In this document: positions 1 to 12,935 of the stretch, piece by piece
Layout: each line of letters starts with the position of its first letter
How positions within the stretch are numbered: the first letter of the stretch is position 1
DNA from: the human T2T-CHM13v2.0 reference genome, Homo sapiens
Assembly (NCBI RefSeq): GCF_009914755.1
Contig: NC_060945.1
Length of the DNA: 64,000 nt
Direction: 5' to 3' (one strand)
Made by a program: the position numbers and the translations under genes
The notes under the pieces: model-generated
Told to the model about the DNA's origin: nothing
The model's database searches: none
The model's input: the letters and a program-made list of their open reading frames with translations, nothing else

Positions 1-500
1 TATAATTTGTTCTCTACCTCATCTCTGCCTTCCACAGAGCAAAAATTCAGGTGGTCCTAGTTTTAAAGGTAGAGTAATATTTTCCCCCTTTCTCCCTTTT
101 GTTCTCCACTTGGTTTGTTTTTCTGCTTTCTAGAATCTGGAGGACATTCCTGGCCCTTAGCAGACTTATTTTCCCCTTTTCTTTTGCTTAATCTAATAAG
201 GCAATAGCATGTACAAACCATCCAGCGAGAATTTTCCTCTCCTACAGAGTGTGCGGCTGTGACTCAGGATTTGGTGTGTGGTTCACTTAGCCAGTCAACA
301 AACAATGGCTGCAACTCTGTTAGCACTGTGCTCTCACAGGTGAGACAGGTCCATGCTCTAGACAAAACAGTTGGCTGCCATTTTTCATTTGAACAAGTTT
401 TGTTCAACTTGGGGGTAGAGATAATAAACAAGTCAAATGTAAATTTGAAAGACAAAATAAATACAAATTATAATCATTGGCAGAAAAAAAGTGAAGTCCT

Positions 501-964
501 GTGATGGGTTTGAGATTATCCTAGATTATTTTAGTGGGTCCAATCTAAACACACAATCCCGTAAAGGTAGAGAATCATCTTTCCCAGCTGAATCAGAGAG
601 ATGAGACAGAAGAAGAGATTCAAAGCGTGAGAGTAACTTGCCCCGCCCTTCATGGCTTTGAAGATGAAGGAAAGACGCTGTGAGCCACAGAATGTGGGTG
701 ACCCCTGGACACTGGGAAATTATCTCAGCTGGCAGCCATTGAGGAAGTGAGATCTCAGTCCTACAGCTTCCAGAAGATGATTCTCCCACTAACCTGAATG
801 AGCAAGGAAACGGACTTTGCTTTAGAGCCTTCAGAAGGGAGCACGGCACTGCCAATGCCTTGGCTTTAACCCAGTGAGACTCATGCCAGACTTATAACAC
901 ATTTCTGTTGTTTAAGCTGCAAGTTTATGCCAATTTGTTACAGCAGCAACAGGAAACTAATACA
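501..964 (+). mobile_element. MLT1-type MaLR LTR
   Basis: GAGATTATCCTAGATTAT...TTTGTTACAGCAGCAACAGGAAACTAATACA terminus. Confidence 0.8.
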
Positions 965-2200
965 CTGGGCTTGGTGGCTGAGTGGATATGGAGGAGGGGG
1001 AGGACCACAGGGTGGACTCCTAGATCAGCCAGAGGGCAATGAGTCCACATACCAAGGTGAGAAAACTCAGGGAGAAATGGACTATGGAGGGTGGAAACCA
1101 GACTGACGTTTTGGTCATATTAAATTTGAAATGTCTATAAGACATTTAAGTGGAGGTACTAGCAGGCAATTGACTATGTAAGTCTAGGGTTCAGAAGAGG
1201 AGACTGAGCTAGTGATGACTTTCTGGACTAGAAGAATACAGATCCAAGGCAGGAGGATCACTTGAGCCCAGGAATTCAATACCAGCCTGGGCAACATGGT
1301 GAGACCCCATCTCTACCAAAATAATAATAATAATAATGAGAAGAAGAAGAAGAAGAAGAGGAAGAGGAAGAAGAAGGAAGAAGAAGAAGGAAGAAGAAGA
1401 AGCCGTGTATAGTGGTGTGCACTTGTAGTCCTCGTAATTAAATACCAGCCTGGGCAACATGGTGAGACCCCATCTCTACCAAAATAATAATAATAATAAT
1501 GAGAAGAAGAAGAAGAAGAGGAAGAGGAAGAAGAAGAAAGAAAAAGAAGGAAGAAGAAGAAGAAGCCGTGTATAGTGGTGTGCACTTGTAGTCCCCGTTC
1601 CTTAAGAGGTTGAGGTGGGAGGATCGCTTGAGTTCAGGAGTTTGAGGCTGCAGTGAGCTGTGATCGCACCACTGCACTCCTGGGTGACAGAGTGAGATTG
1701 TCCCTAAAAAAGAAAGAAAGAAGACAGGTGACAACATGCAACATGGAACTGAGTGGATGTAAGAAGTGAGTGTGGCTGGAGAAGCAAGACTAAGTCCAAA
1801 TCAAAGACACCACAGTATGTGAGGTTGGGTGGGAAAGGAGGAGGACATGGCAAAGGTGTCAGATAAGGACCCCCAGTAGGGCAAGGAGAAAACCATGAGA
1901 GCACAGCATCAGAAGGGCCAGGAGCCAGGCATGGGCTGCAACGGAGGATGTGGGCAGCTGAGAGGACTAGTGGAAGAATGACAGACAGGTGCCACGAATT
2001 TGGCAATGTTGAATGGATGCTGGTCCTTGGTAAGTCTGCATTAGTAGGGTGGCAAGGATGGAAGCCAGATGGGAATAGGATGCGGAGGCAGGGGTGAGGC
2101 GATTAAATTCAGACAACTTGTTCACTAGAAACAGAAGTGGAGAGTGGATCTAGAATGGGTGAGAGTGAAGAGATGGCTTTTAAAGATGGATCAAAGAACA
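965..2200 (+). mobile_element. Degraded L2 fragments flanking an Alu
   Basis: Purine-rich L2-like motifs (TTTGAAATGTCTATAAGACATTTAAGTGGAG; GGATGGAAGCCAGATGGGAATAGG). Confidence 0.5.
1244..1715 (+). mobile_element. AluJ-like element with an internal tandem duplication and (AAT)n(GAA)n linker
   Basis: GGAGGATCACTTGAGCCCAGG and GAGGCTGCAGTGAGCTGTGATC. Segment 1278-1431 is repeated at about 1441-1593. Confidence 0.88.
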
Positions 2201-2975
2201 AAGCTGGGGTGTCACATTACCTTTCAAATTTATTACAAAGCGGTAGTAACCAAAACAGTATGGTGCTGGTGCAAAAACAGACACATGGACCAGTGGAGCA
2301 GAATAGAGAACCCAGATATAAATCCACCCATTGCAACCAACTCATCTTCAACAAAGGCACCAAGAACTTACAATGGGGAAAAGACAGTCTCTTCCATAAG
2401 TGGTGCTGGGAAAACTAGATATCCATATACAAAAGAATGAAAATAGCCCCCTATCTCTCATCATACACAGAAATCAAATCAAAATAGATTATAGACTTGA
2501 ATTTTAGATCTGAAACTATGAAACTACTAGAAGAAAACACTGGGGAACCACCCCGTGACATTGGTCTGAGCAAATATTTCTTGTGTAAGTTCTCAAAAGC
2601 ACAGGCAACCAGAGCAAAAATAGACAATTGGAATTACATAATGCTAAAAAGCTTCTGCACCACACAGGAAACAACAAACTGAATAGACAAACCACAGATA
2701 GAGAGAAAATCTTTGCAATCTAACTGACAAGGGACTAATAACCTGAATATATAAAGAACTCAAACAACTAAATAGCAAAGAAACAAATAATTTCATTTTT
2801 AAAAATGGGCAAAAAATTGGGACAAACATTTTTCAAAAAGAAGACATACAAATGGCCTACAGTTATATTTTTTAAATGTTTGACATTGCTAATCATCAGA
2901 TAAATGCAAATCAAAACCATAATGTAGTATCATCTCACTCAAGTTGAAATGGTTTGTATAAAAAAGACAGGCAAC

Positions 2976-3176
2976 AGCATTAAGGAAAAATAGCTAATGC
3001 ATGCTGGGCTTAATACCTAGGTGATAGGCTGATAGATGCAGCATACCACCATGGCACACATTTACCTATGTAACAAACCTGCATACCCTGCACATGTACC
3101 CTGGAACTAAAAATAAAAACTGAAAGAAAAAAAAATGAAGATAAAAAACAATATGCACTATTCAAAAAAAAAAAAA
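2976..3176 (+). mobile_element. Short older-L1PA 3' end inserted in L1MA
   Basis: ACCTATGTAACAAACCTGCATACCCTGCACATGTACCC plus A tail. TSD AGGCAAC at 2969-2975 and 3177-3183. Confidence 0.85.
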
Positions 3177-3760
3177 AGGCAACGATGGATGCTGGTGGGA
3201 ATGAAGAAAGGGGAATTCTCATACGTTGCTGGTGGGAATGTAAATTAGTACAGCCACTATGAAGAAGAGTATGGAGGTTCCTTAAAAAATAGAAAATAGA
3301 ACTTTCTTATGACCCTGCAATTCCAGTACTGGATATATATCTATAAGACAGGAAATCAATATATTGAATAGATATCTACACTCTCATGTTTATCTCAGCA
3401 CTATTCACAATAGCCATAGCCAAAATATGGAATCAACCTAAGTGTCCACAACAGATGAATGGATAAAGAAAATGTGGTATATATACACAGTGTAACATTA
3501 TTAGGCCCTTAACAAAATAAAACCCCTGTCATTTGCAGCCACATGGATGGAACTGGGGGCCATTATGTTATGTGAGATAAGCCAGGCACAGAAAGACAAA
3601 TATCACATGTTCTTATCTGTGGGAGCTAAAAAGTGGATCTCATGAAGATAGAGAATAGATTGGCGGTTACCAGAGGCTGGGCATGGGAGGAGTACAAAGG
3701 GGTAAAGTGGGAAAAAATCATTAAATGTCTTTAAACTGTACACTTAAAAATGGTAAAGAT

Positions 3761-4111
<351 letters not shown>

Positions 4112-4162
4112 TCAAGTTTGTATACTGATGTGAACGATCTGGTCGGGGAGGATAAGTGGACC

Positions 4163-4435
4163 TGGAGAGAGAGAGAGAGAGAGAGGAACAGAGAGATAGA
4201 GAGAAGGGGAGAGAGAGAGAGGAGAAATGAGAAAGACAGAGAGAGATAGAAAGAGAGAGAGAAGGAAGAGAGAGAAGAGGAATGAGACAGAGAGATAGAG
4301 AGAAGGGAGAGAGAGAGGAGGAATGAGAGAGAGAAAGGAGAGAGAGAGAGGAGGAATGACAGAGACAGAGAAGGGAGAGCGAGAGAGACAGCTAAGGGGG
4401 AATGGGGGAATGAAAGGACAGAGGAGAGACAGAAA
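4163..4435. repeat. GA-rich polypurine low-complexity repeat
   Basis: (GA)n with repeated AGAGAGATAGAGAGAAGGG...GAGGAG(A/G)AATGAGA units. Confidence 0.95.
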
Positions 4436-5330
4436 TAATATTTGGGGAGAGAATATTTGGGGAGAATATAGGAGATGGACCCCAAGGCACACGCGGAGGA
4501 ATCAGCCCATGGCGTTCACTGTAGTAGGAAGGGAAGCTGGGGAGATGGATCTGTAGATTTGTCAGTGGGAGGCGGATGGAAAAGAATAAAAATTCCTGGC
4601 AGCACGCCAGCTCGGCCTTCCCACATTAGTACGGCCGTAATAACGACTTGGGAGTAATAATCCAAAAATTCGGATGTGGAGAGGGAGATGACACTGCATC
4701 ACTTTGATCCAAATGGCATTTTTATGATGGCTTTAAATATGTTTATGATGTTTACAAGGAGAAAGTCTAGAATGCTGAGCAAAAGGATGCCTTTGGGAAA
4801 GGACATTAACATTTTTCTGACAACAATAACCCCCATGCTTGCCTCTCTCCTCCCCCAGGCCTTGCACTCCTTCTAGTTCTTTTGTTGTTCCACACCTGCA
4901 AGGTTGACCAGCTGCCCCACATCAGGGGACTCAGCTCTTGAAGGTGTTATCCCAGGAATGGTAGTAGGTCTTTCTGAGTCAAATCAATGTCCTCCAATTT
5001 GACTTCCAAGTGAACTTGTAAGCAGAGATACTCATTATTCAGCTGATAGTGTTAACAGAGATGGCTCAGATTCTAGAATTATTCCTGAGACAGGCTAACT
5101 GGACCATCTGCAATGATTCATATCATGCGTGGTCTTCAGGAGTCCACAAGGAGAAAGAAAATATTTAAACTTTTATGCTAGTAACTTTTATCTCATTCTT
5201 TTAAAACTGTATGTTGCAGTATATAAAAGCATTAATACAATAATATATGCATACAATTTATGTCTGTATACAATCATACAGTGGTGTGATCAAAACCTTT
5301 ATCCTGAAGGAAGAATGTGGTCTCACAAGC

Positions 5331-5332
<2 letters not shown>

Positions 5333-5378
<46 letters not shown>

Positions 5379-5381
5379 ACA
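5333..5381. repeat. (CA)n microsatellite
   Basis: Read directly. Confidence 0.97.
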
Positions 5382-6952
5382 CGACCATGCATGGCGGTTG
5401 TGAGATAGTAACGCAATGGATTTTCATTGACATTCCTATTGGTGGTTGTCCTTTCAAGAGTCTCTCCTGGTGGGTTTGGATCGTAAAGCACTTGCTGCAG
5501 CTTCTGAGCTGTCACGTGGTGCTGGCTTCTGAAGGAAACGTTTGCACCTCTGCATAATGTTTGAGCTAAAATGATGACCCTACGATAGTCATACTATATA
5601 TTAATTGGCATATAGAATGTTATATATGCCTGCAGTGCACCTTTCTGCAGTGACTAATGGGCCTAGAGAGGTGGCCTCTCTGCAGGAGCTGCTCAAGGCA
5701 GGTGAGCATGGCTATGTTCCTCAGGAGGACATCACCTATTTATAGGGCCCTGCATTCTTTCTGGTCCTCAGCAAGGCCATTTGTGAATTGAGGCAATCAA
5801 TATCCCACCCACCCGAACCCCATGATTTCTTAGTGGAAATAGCCAATATCCATTCTGAGTTTACTCAGTGCCAGGTGCTACTCTGCATTAGTGCTCTAAT
5901 GCAGAGAAACTTATGGTAAAGATAAGGAAACAGAAGCCCATGTGGTCAGGATTTGCTCATAGCTACGGAGTGGCAGACCGAAATTTGGTTTCATCTAGTC
6001 TGTCTCCAAAGCCCGCAGTCTGAACCATGGTGATTTTTGCCTCTTGCACTCTCAGCTGCTTGCAGCTGCAGGCACAATGATTCCAGATTTACAAAGGCCC
6101 GCAAGTTTAGACATCCACATTTACATAATGACTTAAGGATTTGCAGATGTCTGGGAAAAATTATCCTGCTCACTTGGATTATTGGGACTGTGTCTCAACT
6201 TTCCATTTTATTTTGCACGTGTGCACAATATTTTCAGGTAATTTCTATGAAATAATATCCTGTCACATAGTTAAAGGTTATAAACATGGTGCTTTACCTT
6301 TGTTTTTGCCTTAATGGCCAAAGGAAGGAGGTTAGCGAGTGAGCACATTTGCTCCTTTTATCTGCAGTAGGAGCGTTTTGTTGGAAGTATTTCCATGTAG
6401 CAGCATGAAGCCAAATAAGACATTTACAAACAGTTTTTTTTTTAAGTTAAGATATATGTTTCATCTCTTGTTTCACATTGTTGCACTCAATATTTGCAAT
6501 TGAGTTAGCTTAAAGTAAAGTGCATTTATTCGACTAGATGGTTTGCTCCAGTTGCCCCACTGTGTTTTTTTCTTCTATTTGATTGCTGTCTTGGTACTAA
6601 GCCAGTACAAAGACAGGAATGAAGATTTACAAAGTTTTCAAAGATTATAATGGGCCCTTGGGTGTGATATTTTAAATAGGAGCTGACTTTAAGTCAAAAG
6701 CTTTCAAATCAACCAGTAAGTACTTAACAGAAGTCCTTTCTTCATGACAAGGATGAAACACAGAGTGGATTACGCAAGGTGAATCTGGTCAGCCCGGGCC
6801 TGAGGTCACGTCTGACTCCCAGCAATGGTGTTTTGCTTGGAGACTTCTACTGCCCTCTTGGCCCCTCTGTTTGACCTGGCATGGTCCATCTGTAGTCACT
6901 CTCATAACATGTCATACATTCCTACACATTCTCATTTTCTGTGCTCCTTCAA

Positions 6953-7247
6953 CTTTTTTTTTTTTTTTGAGACAGAGTCTTGCTCTGTCGCCCAGGCTGG
7001 AATGCAGTGGTATGATCTCGGCTCACTGCAATCTCCGCCTCCCGGGTTCAAGCAATTCTCCTGACTCAGCTTCCTGAGTAGCTGGGACTACAGGTGCATG
7101 CCACCAAGCCGGGCTAATTCTTGTATTTTTAGTAGAGATGGGGTTTCACCATTTTGGCCAGCCTGGTCTCGAACTCCTGACCTCGTGATCCACCCGCCTT
7201 GGCCTCCCAAAGTGCTGGGATTACAGGCGTGAGCCACTGCACCTGGC
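6953..7247 (-). mobile_element. AluS
   Basis: Poly-T followed by a full antisense Alu; TSD TCAACTTTT. Confidence 0.95.
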
Positions 7248-9832
7248 CTCAACTTTTATTAAAAAACAAACAACAAAAAACTGAGGCAGGGCCCTGCCTG
7301 GTACCCCTGACAGCCTTCGGAAGAAGAAAACAGGCCTTCTCTGTGGGTCATGTCTCCAGGGTGTGCAGGACCAAATACTGCTTTATTCATAAAACAGGTA
7401 GCTGGAAAGCTGCCCCACTGAGACTAAAGGGAATGGGGTAAATCATCCTCCCTTCATTTGGCTGTGGCTTCTGACAATCTAGATAGTTGTTTGCATACCT
7501 GTGTGCACACCTGTTGTCATTCTGTTTGGACAGATGACTAGCGTACAATACAGGTTCTTCAGAGGATACGTAATTAATCAAATCATAACGACCTCAATAA
7601 TATAATCTGAAGAATTAAAAGCAGGGCTCTGGTATTTGTTCTACATAGCATTCATATAAATGTCCGATTGCTCTTTGCAGCTTACGCTTGGTAGTCCCAA
7701 TCACTCTCTAGAAAGGGCTTATGAGCAGCTACCTGGAAGGCCTGGATTAGGGAGTGGTAGCAGATGTCATGGTTGAGAGGATCTAGGGGACCAGGCAGAT
7801 ACCCCATCGGACAGTGGGCATCCTCTAAACTGTCTCTCACTGACTTCACTATGAACCACAGTACCATAATTTTGGTCTTTACCATTTTCAAAATTTTCTG
7901 TTTTTCAAACCACAGGTTCAAACTCTATCGTAGTTTCAGATTAGTAGTCCATGTTTTTCTTATGACTCCACTTATTTAAGAACTTCAGTGACATACATTT
8001 ATCTCCACGTAGTGAGGATAAAAAAGTTGAGAACAAGAAGCTAATACGATCATCAAGACACAGTCACAGGAAGTAAAATAGGAAGGAAGGAAAAAGAAAG
8101 GTCTAGGTCTTCAGAGACAAGGGAGAGATATGGCAAGGCAGAAGTCCCTAAGAGTTCAATATAAAGACAGGTAATACCACCACTCTTAAGGAAAATATTC
8201 CCAGGGATTCAAAGTTGATCGGTTCCATGTGTCTAAAATTCACTTGGACTTGTAAGAGAACCCCAACTTTAATGGAAGAAGAAAACAGGTAAAAATATCC
8301 TCAGCTCAGGGTTAGTGGCTTTTCTTATCTCAAATAAAGGGAATAACTCATTCATGTTGCTGGGCTTTCTTTGTCCTGTTTTAAGAAATTTCAAGTTGTT
8401 GGCTACCCAAAAGCTGCATTCTAGACTTCTTCCTCTTGTCCCACTGGGTAGAAGCATGGCCTGATATTTTCCTTCTTCAGTATAATAATTTCATTTTAAG
8501 GACAGTCAGGTCCTCTAAATGTGTTATTATTTTGGTTCAGGCTTTAAACCGAATAAGCCAGCCAAACATTGATAAAAGCAATGTATCTGAGCTTCCCATA
8601 TTTACTCGGCACCCAGTGACATTTGGCTCTTATCTACTGAGAATATGAGAGTGATAACAGTAGGAAACTTAAGTCAGAGCCTGCAGGTTCTTATTTAATA
8701 TCTATAGACACTAAAGGATTTGCATCTGGATTTAAAAGGAATTACTCTGAGAATATTTAATTCCAATAGTTGGAGGAAATTGCTCCTGTGATCAGTACAA
8801 TTTGCCACAGTTTTAAACATGTGGGTGACAATGACTGACTTTCATATTTCTGTCCTTGGCAGCGTGACTGTACACAACTGAGTCGCAGCCACTCTCAGAG
8901 GGGATTGCAGCCTGCAGCTCACGTCTTAGAGCTTCTGAATGCAGCAGAGAACCAACTTGCTGAGCCACTATCATTATTAACAAAACGTTGGGGATTTTAA
9001 AAGAATCCTCAGAGAGTCCCAGCAACATATTCAATATGGAATGATAAGGGCCAGGCCTTTGGAGAGTTGAAGAAACCATTTTCCCAGTAAACCCTTACAT
9101 CAAATGTACCAGTGACATCTGATTGCGCTGTTTCCTCTCTTGGAAATGCTCTTCCCCTCCTCCTCACCTATAGAAATTTGATTCACTTGTCACAACTGAA
9201 CTCGAATCCTGCCTCCCCCACCGAGCCACCCTCTCTGAGGTTTCCTTCCCTGACTCCAGTTGGAACGAGTCCTTTCCTACTTAAGGCTATTATGATATGA
9301 CCCTTTGTCCCTAACACACTGTACTTCCAAAGCACACACGGGTTTACATGCCCGTCCTCTACTGCATGCCAGACTGTCACTCACTGTCCTTAGTGGGGGC
9401 GAGGTTCTGCATTAGCAGGAACCAGAACAGCACCTTGCATGTCCTTAAGCGGCCGGGTTTTGGGGAGCTGAATCTGTTCATGCACACTTGGCCTTGTCCT
9501 GTTCTCAAAGCTGCTCCACAGACACGGGGCTGTCTCCTCTCCGTGGATGTCCCTGGCTGGGGCAGCTTCTTTTCCATGCATCAGCCTGTAGCACGATGTG
9601 CAGTCTTATGAGCAGTAAGAATAAATGTAATGTTTCTTACCCAGCAACCGCAGAATGTGCACAGCTGCAAGCAGAGTGTGTGCATGTGACAGTGTATTTG
9701 TGTAATTGTATGTGTGTATGAGAGAGAGACACTGTGCATATGTGTATCAGATGTAACTATCTATGTCACGTAACCACATATTAGACTTAAATGTTACTGT
9801 TTCAAGTTTTTAATATTAAAAAGTAGATTTTG

Positions 9833-10127
9833 AGGTCAGGCGCGGTGTCTCACGCCTGTAATCCCAGCACTTTGGGAGGCCGAGGCAGGTGGATTGCCTG
9901 AGGTCAGGAGATCGAGAACAGCTGGCCAACATGATGAAACCCTGTCTCTACTAAAAATACAAAAAAAATTAGTCGGACATGGTGGTGGATGTCTGTAGTC
10001 CCAGCTACTCGGGAGGCTGAGGCAAGAGAATCACTTGAACCCGGGCAGCGGAGGTTGGCAGTAAGCTGAGGTCGCACCTCTGCACTCCAGCCTGGGTGAC
10101 AGGGCGAGACTCCATGTCTATAAAAAG
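9833..10127 (+). mobile_element. AluS
   Basis: Full Alu; TSD-like GATTTTGA on both sides. Confidence 0.93.
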
Positions 10128-12639
10128 AAATTGATTTTGATTTTCCTTTTGTGCTTGTCCTCTGATGTCACCTTCCTCCCCACAACACACACTACTGTTG
10201 TTAATTTGTTCAGACCATGGGTTCCTGACTCACAATTAGAAAGTGGAAGTGACAGTAGAAACACATTGCTTTCACTCTGAGCGCCCATGGTGGGCTGTTC
10301 CCTATTTTCAGGAGGTAGATGTTCATGCGGGAATACTGCTTTGAGGACTACATGCCTTGAGTTCAGAAAATAAGTTTGATTTAACGCGCCCCCCGCCCAC
10401 CCACCGCCTTTTGTTTTGCAGAGAACGAAGACTCAGTCATATCTTAGGATGTCTTAGGCCTGAACCTGAAAAAGGCTTCCCTGCTTTATGTCATCATCAG
10501 TCAGGATGCTATCTCCCTTTATCTTTTGTCCCGTGTGCTGGGAGGACATGGTCCAGGGTGAAATGAAAAACAAAGTGAAATGCATAACTTTATTTGCGTG
10601 TTTCTAATCATCCTTTAACAGCAAGAATAATACACTGTATTATAATAGTCAAATTTACTCTCTTGAGCTTACTTCATCTGGAGAGGTCTACTGACTATTT
10701 TGGTAACTCTTGTAAGATTTTTCACTAGCTCAAGCAGCATCTCTCAAAGTGTCAACTGTTCACCTTTCACTCCAGTTCATGCTGCTTTTTCTGGCTGTGC
10801 TGCTAGGCTGAATGCATCGCTAACACCCGCACAGGGGACACAGCAGATTTTAGCAGATGCCTCTGTGGTTTGCAATGGGAGGGAGCACTTCCCATGTGTC
10901 CCAAATGAAAACAAGCAGAACTTCAGGTATGAATATATATGCAAGTACATACAATTAGAAGAATATGCAGATGTACACATGCCTCCTGGGCACCTGTTTT
11001 CAGGACAGAAAAGGAAAGAGTCAGATCGTGTGTCTCTGCATGAGCTCAATTGAGAAAGGGGTTCCCTCACCAAACATTCAACTCATTGATTGTTGCAAAT
11101 TCTGAGCTGGATGCTAATGAGGAAATCAAACACTGGCTCCTTCATCCCAGATTTGTAAAGCTTATTACTGATAGTTTTCAGTCTTTCCGTCTTCTAATTT
11201 ATAACCCAACTTCTAATGTTCAAGTCACTCTGCTCTGTGCAAGAATCCACCCCTCCATGGTTGGGAGACTTTGGCAAACCCAATCAGAGATGAGGACAAA
11301 CTGAATCAGCAAAGGAGGTGGTGCTGACCAGGTTCTGACCCAGCAGCATGTCTTGGGAAGAAACTAAGCCCTTCCTCAATACCTCCCCGCCAAGCTGGCA
11401 CTGCTCATTGACTCAGATCACAAATCCTGGGTAATCTGGGTGGAGCATGTTGCCCAACCTCAGTGACATTTGCTATTTCTATTTTTGGAATAGAGCGAAA
11501 GGATCCAGGAGATCAATTCGGCTTGATCCTGTTTTTTCCTTTCTAGTCAACCTCCTACAGTGTGAGCAATGACCCTCACTCCACCCCCAGGCATACACAC
11601 CCCCCTCTACATCCCACAACTTAGGCAGTTTCTAAGACTTTGGGAAAATCCCTGGGAGTTCCTCATAACACAAAATGCCTTGGGCTGTACAAGCCTTGGA
11701 GAAGATGCCAAGCTGTGGTCTAGGCTCAGGGAATAGTTTCGCTGCCCCTTCCTCCCCACCTCCCTACAGACACCCCCCACCAGCCAAGCAGCCTGTTCCC
11801 ACTGATGCCTGACTGGGGAAGGAGACTGAGTTTGTTAGGGCCAAGGCCATAAGCACTTATCACTCAGCAACCACAAAAGCAACTGGGTTTTGTGTTGATC
11901 CCTCTAAGATTAGGCCTTGAACCTCCTTTGTGCACCCCTTCCCAACAGACAATTGTACTTCTGTCTGAAAGTTTTAATTAAATGACTCCTGCACAAGCTG
12001 TCTGATTTCAGGAGACATAGCAGCATCTATTGGATCAACAGTTCCATTGTTTGAAACATGAGGACTATAAATAGGAGGCAGAAACTGACAGCACATTTAG
12101 TGTGTTTGCCTATGTGGTAATGGACATGAATAGTATGGGCACTGAGCTGGTGAACAACAGAATCTCAAAAAGGGAAGAACACATTTGCCCAAAACATTAA
12201 TCAGTATCAGGCTGGCAGGAGAGAATCAAAGTAGCTTCTGTGGAGAGAAGACACCTCACCCAGAGATAAATAGCTTGCAAGTATTAGAACATTCACAGTG
12301 AAAATTAACCCATTTCCTTTAAAAAAAAAAAAAACTTTTAATTTTGAGATACTTTTAGACTTACAGTAAAGTTGCAAAAATAGTACAGAGTTCCGTATCC
12401 CCCTAATCCAGCATATCCTAATGTTAGCATCTAACAAAACCATACAACCAAGATGACGACTAAGAAATTAACATTGATACAATGCTACTAACTAAACTGC
12501 AGACTTTATTCAGTTTTCTCCAGTGTTTCTGCCACGGTCCTTTTTCTGATCCAGAGCCAATCCAGGATATCACCCTGTATTTAATTGTCACATCTACTTG
12601 GTTTGGTCCACATTTTTATTACTGGTTGTATTTTCTGCA

Positions 12640-12935
<296 letters not shown>

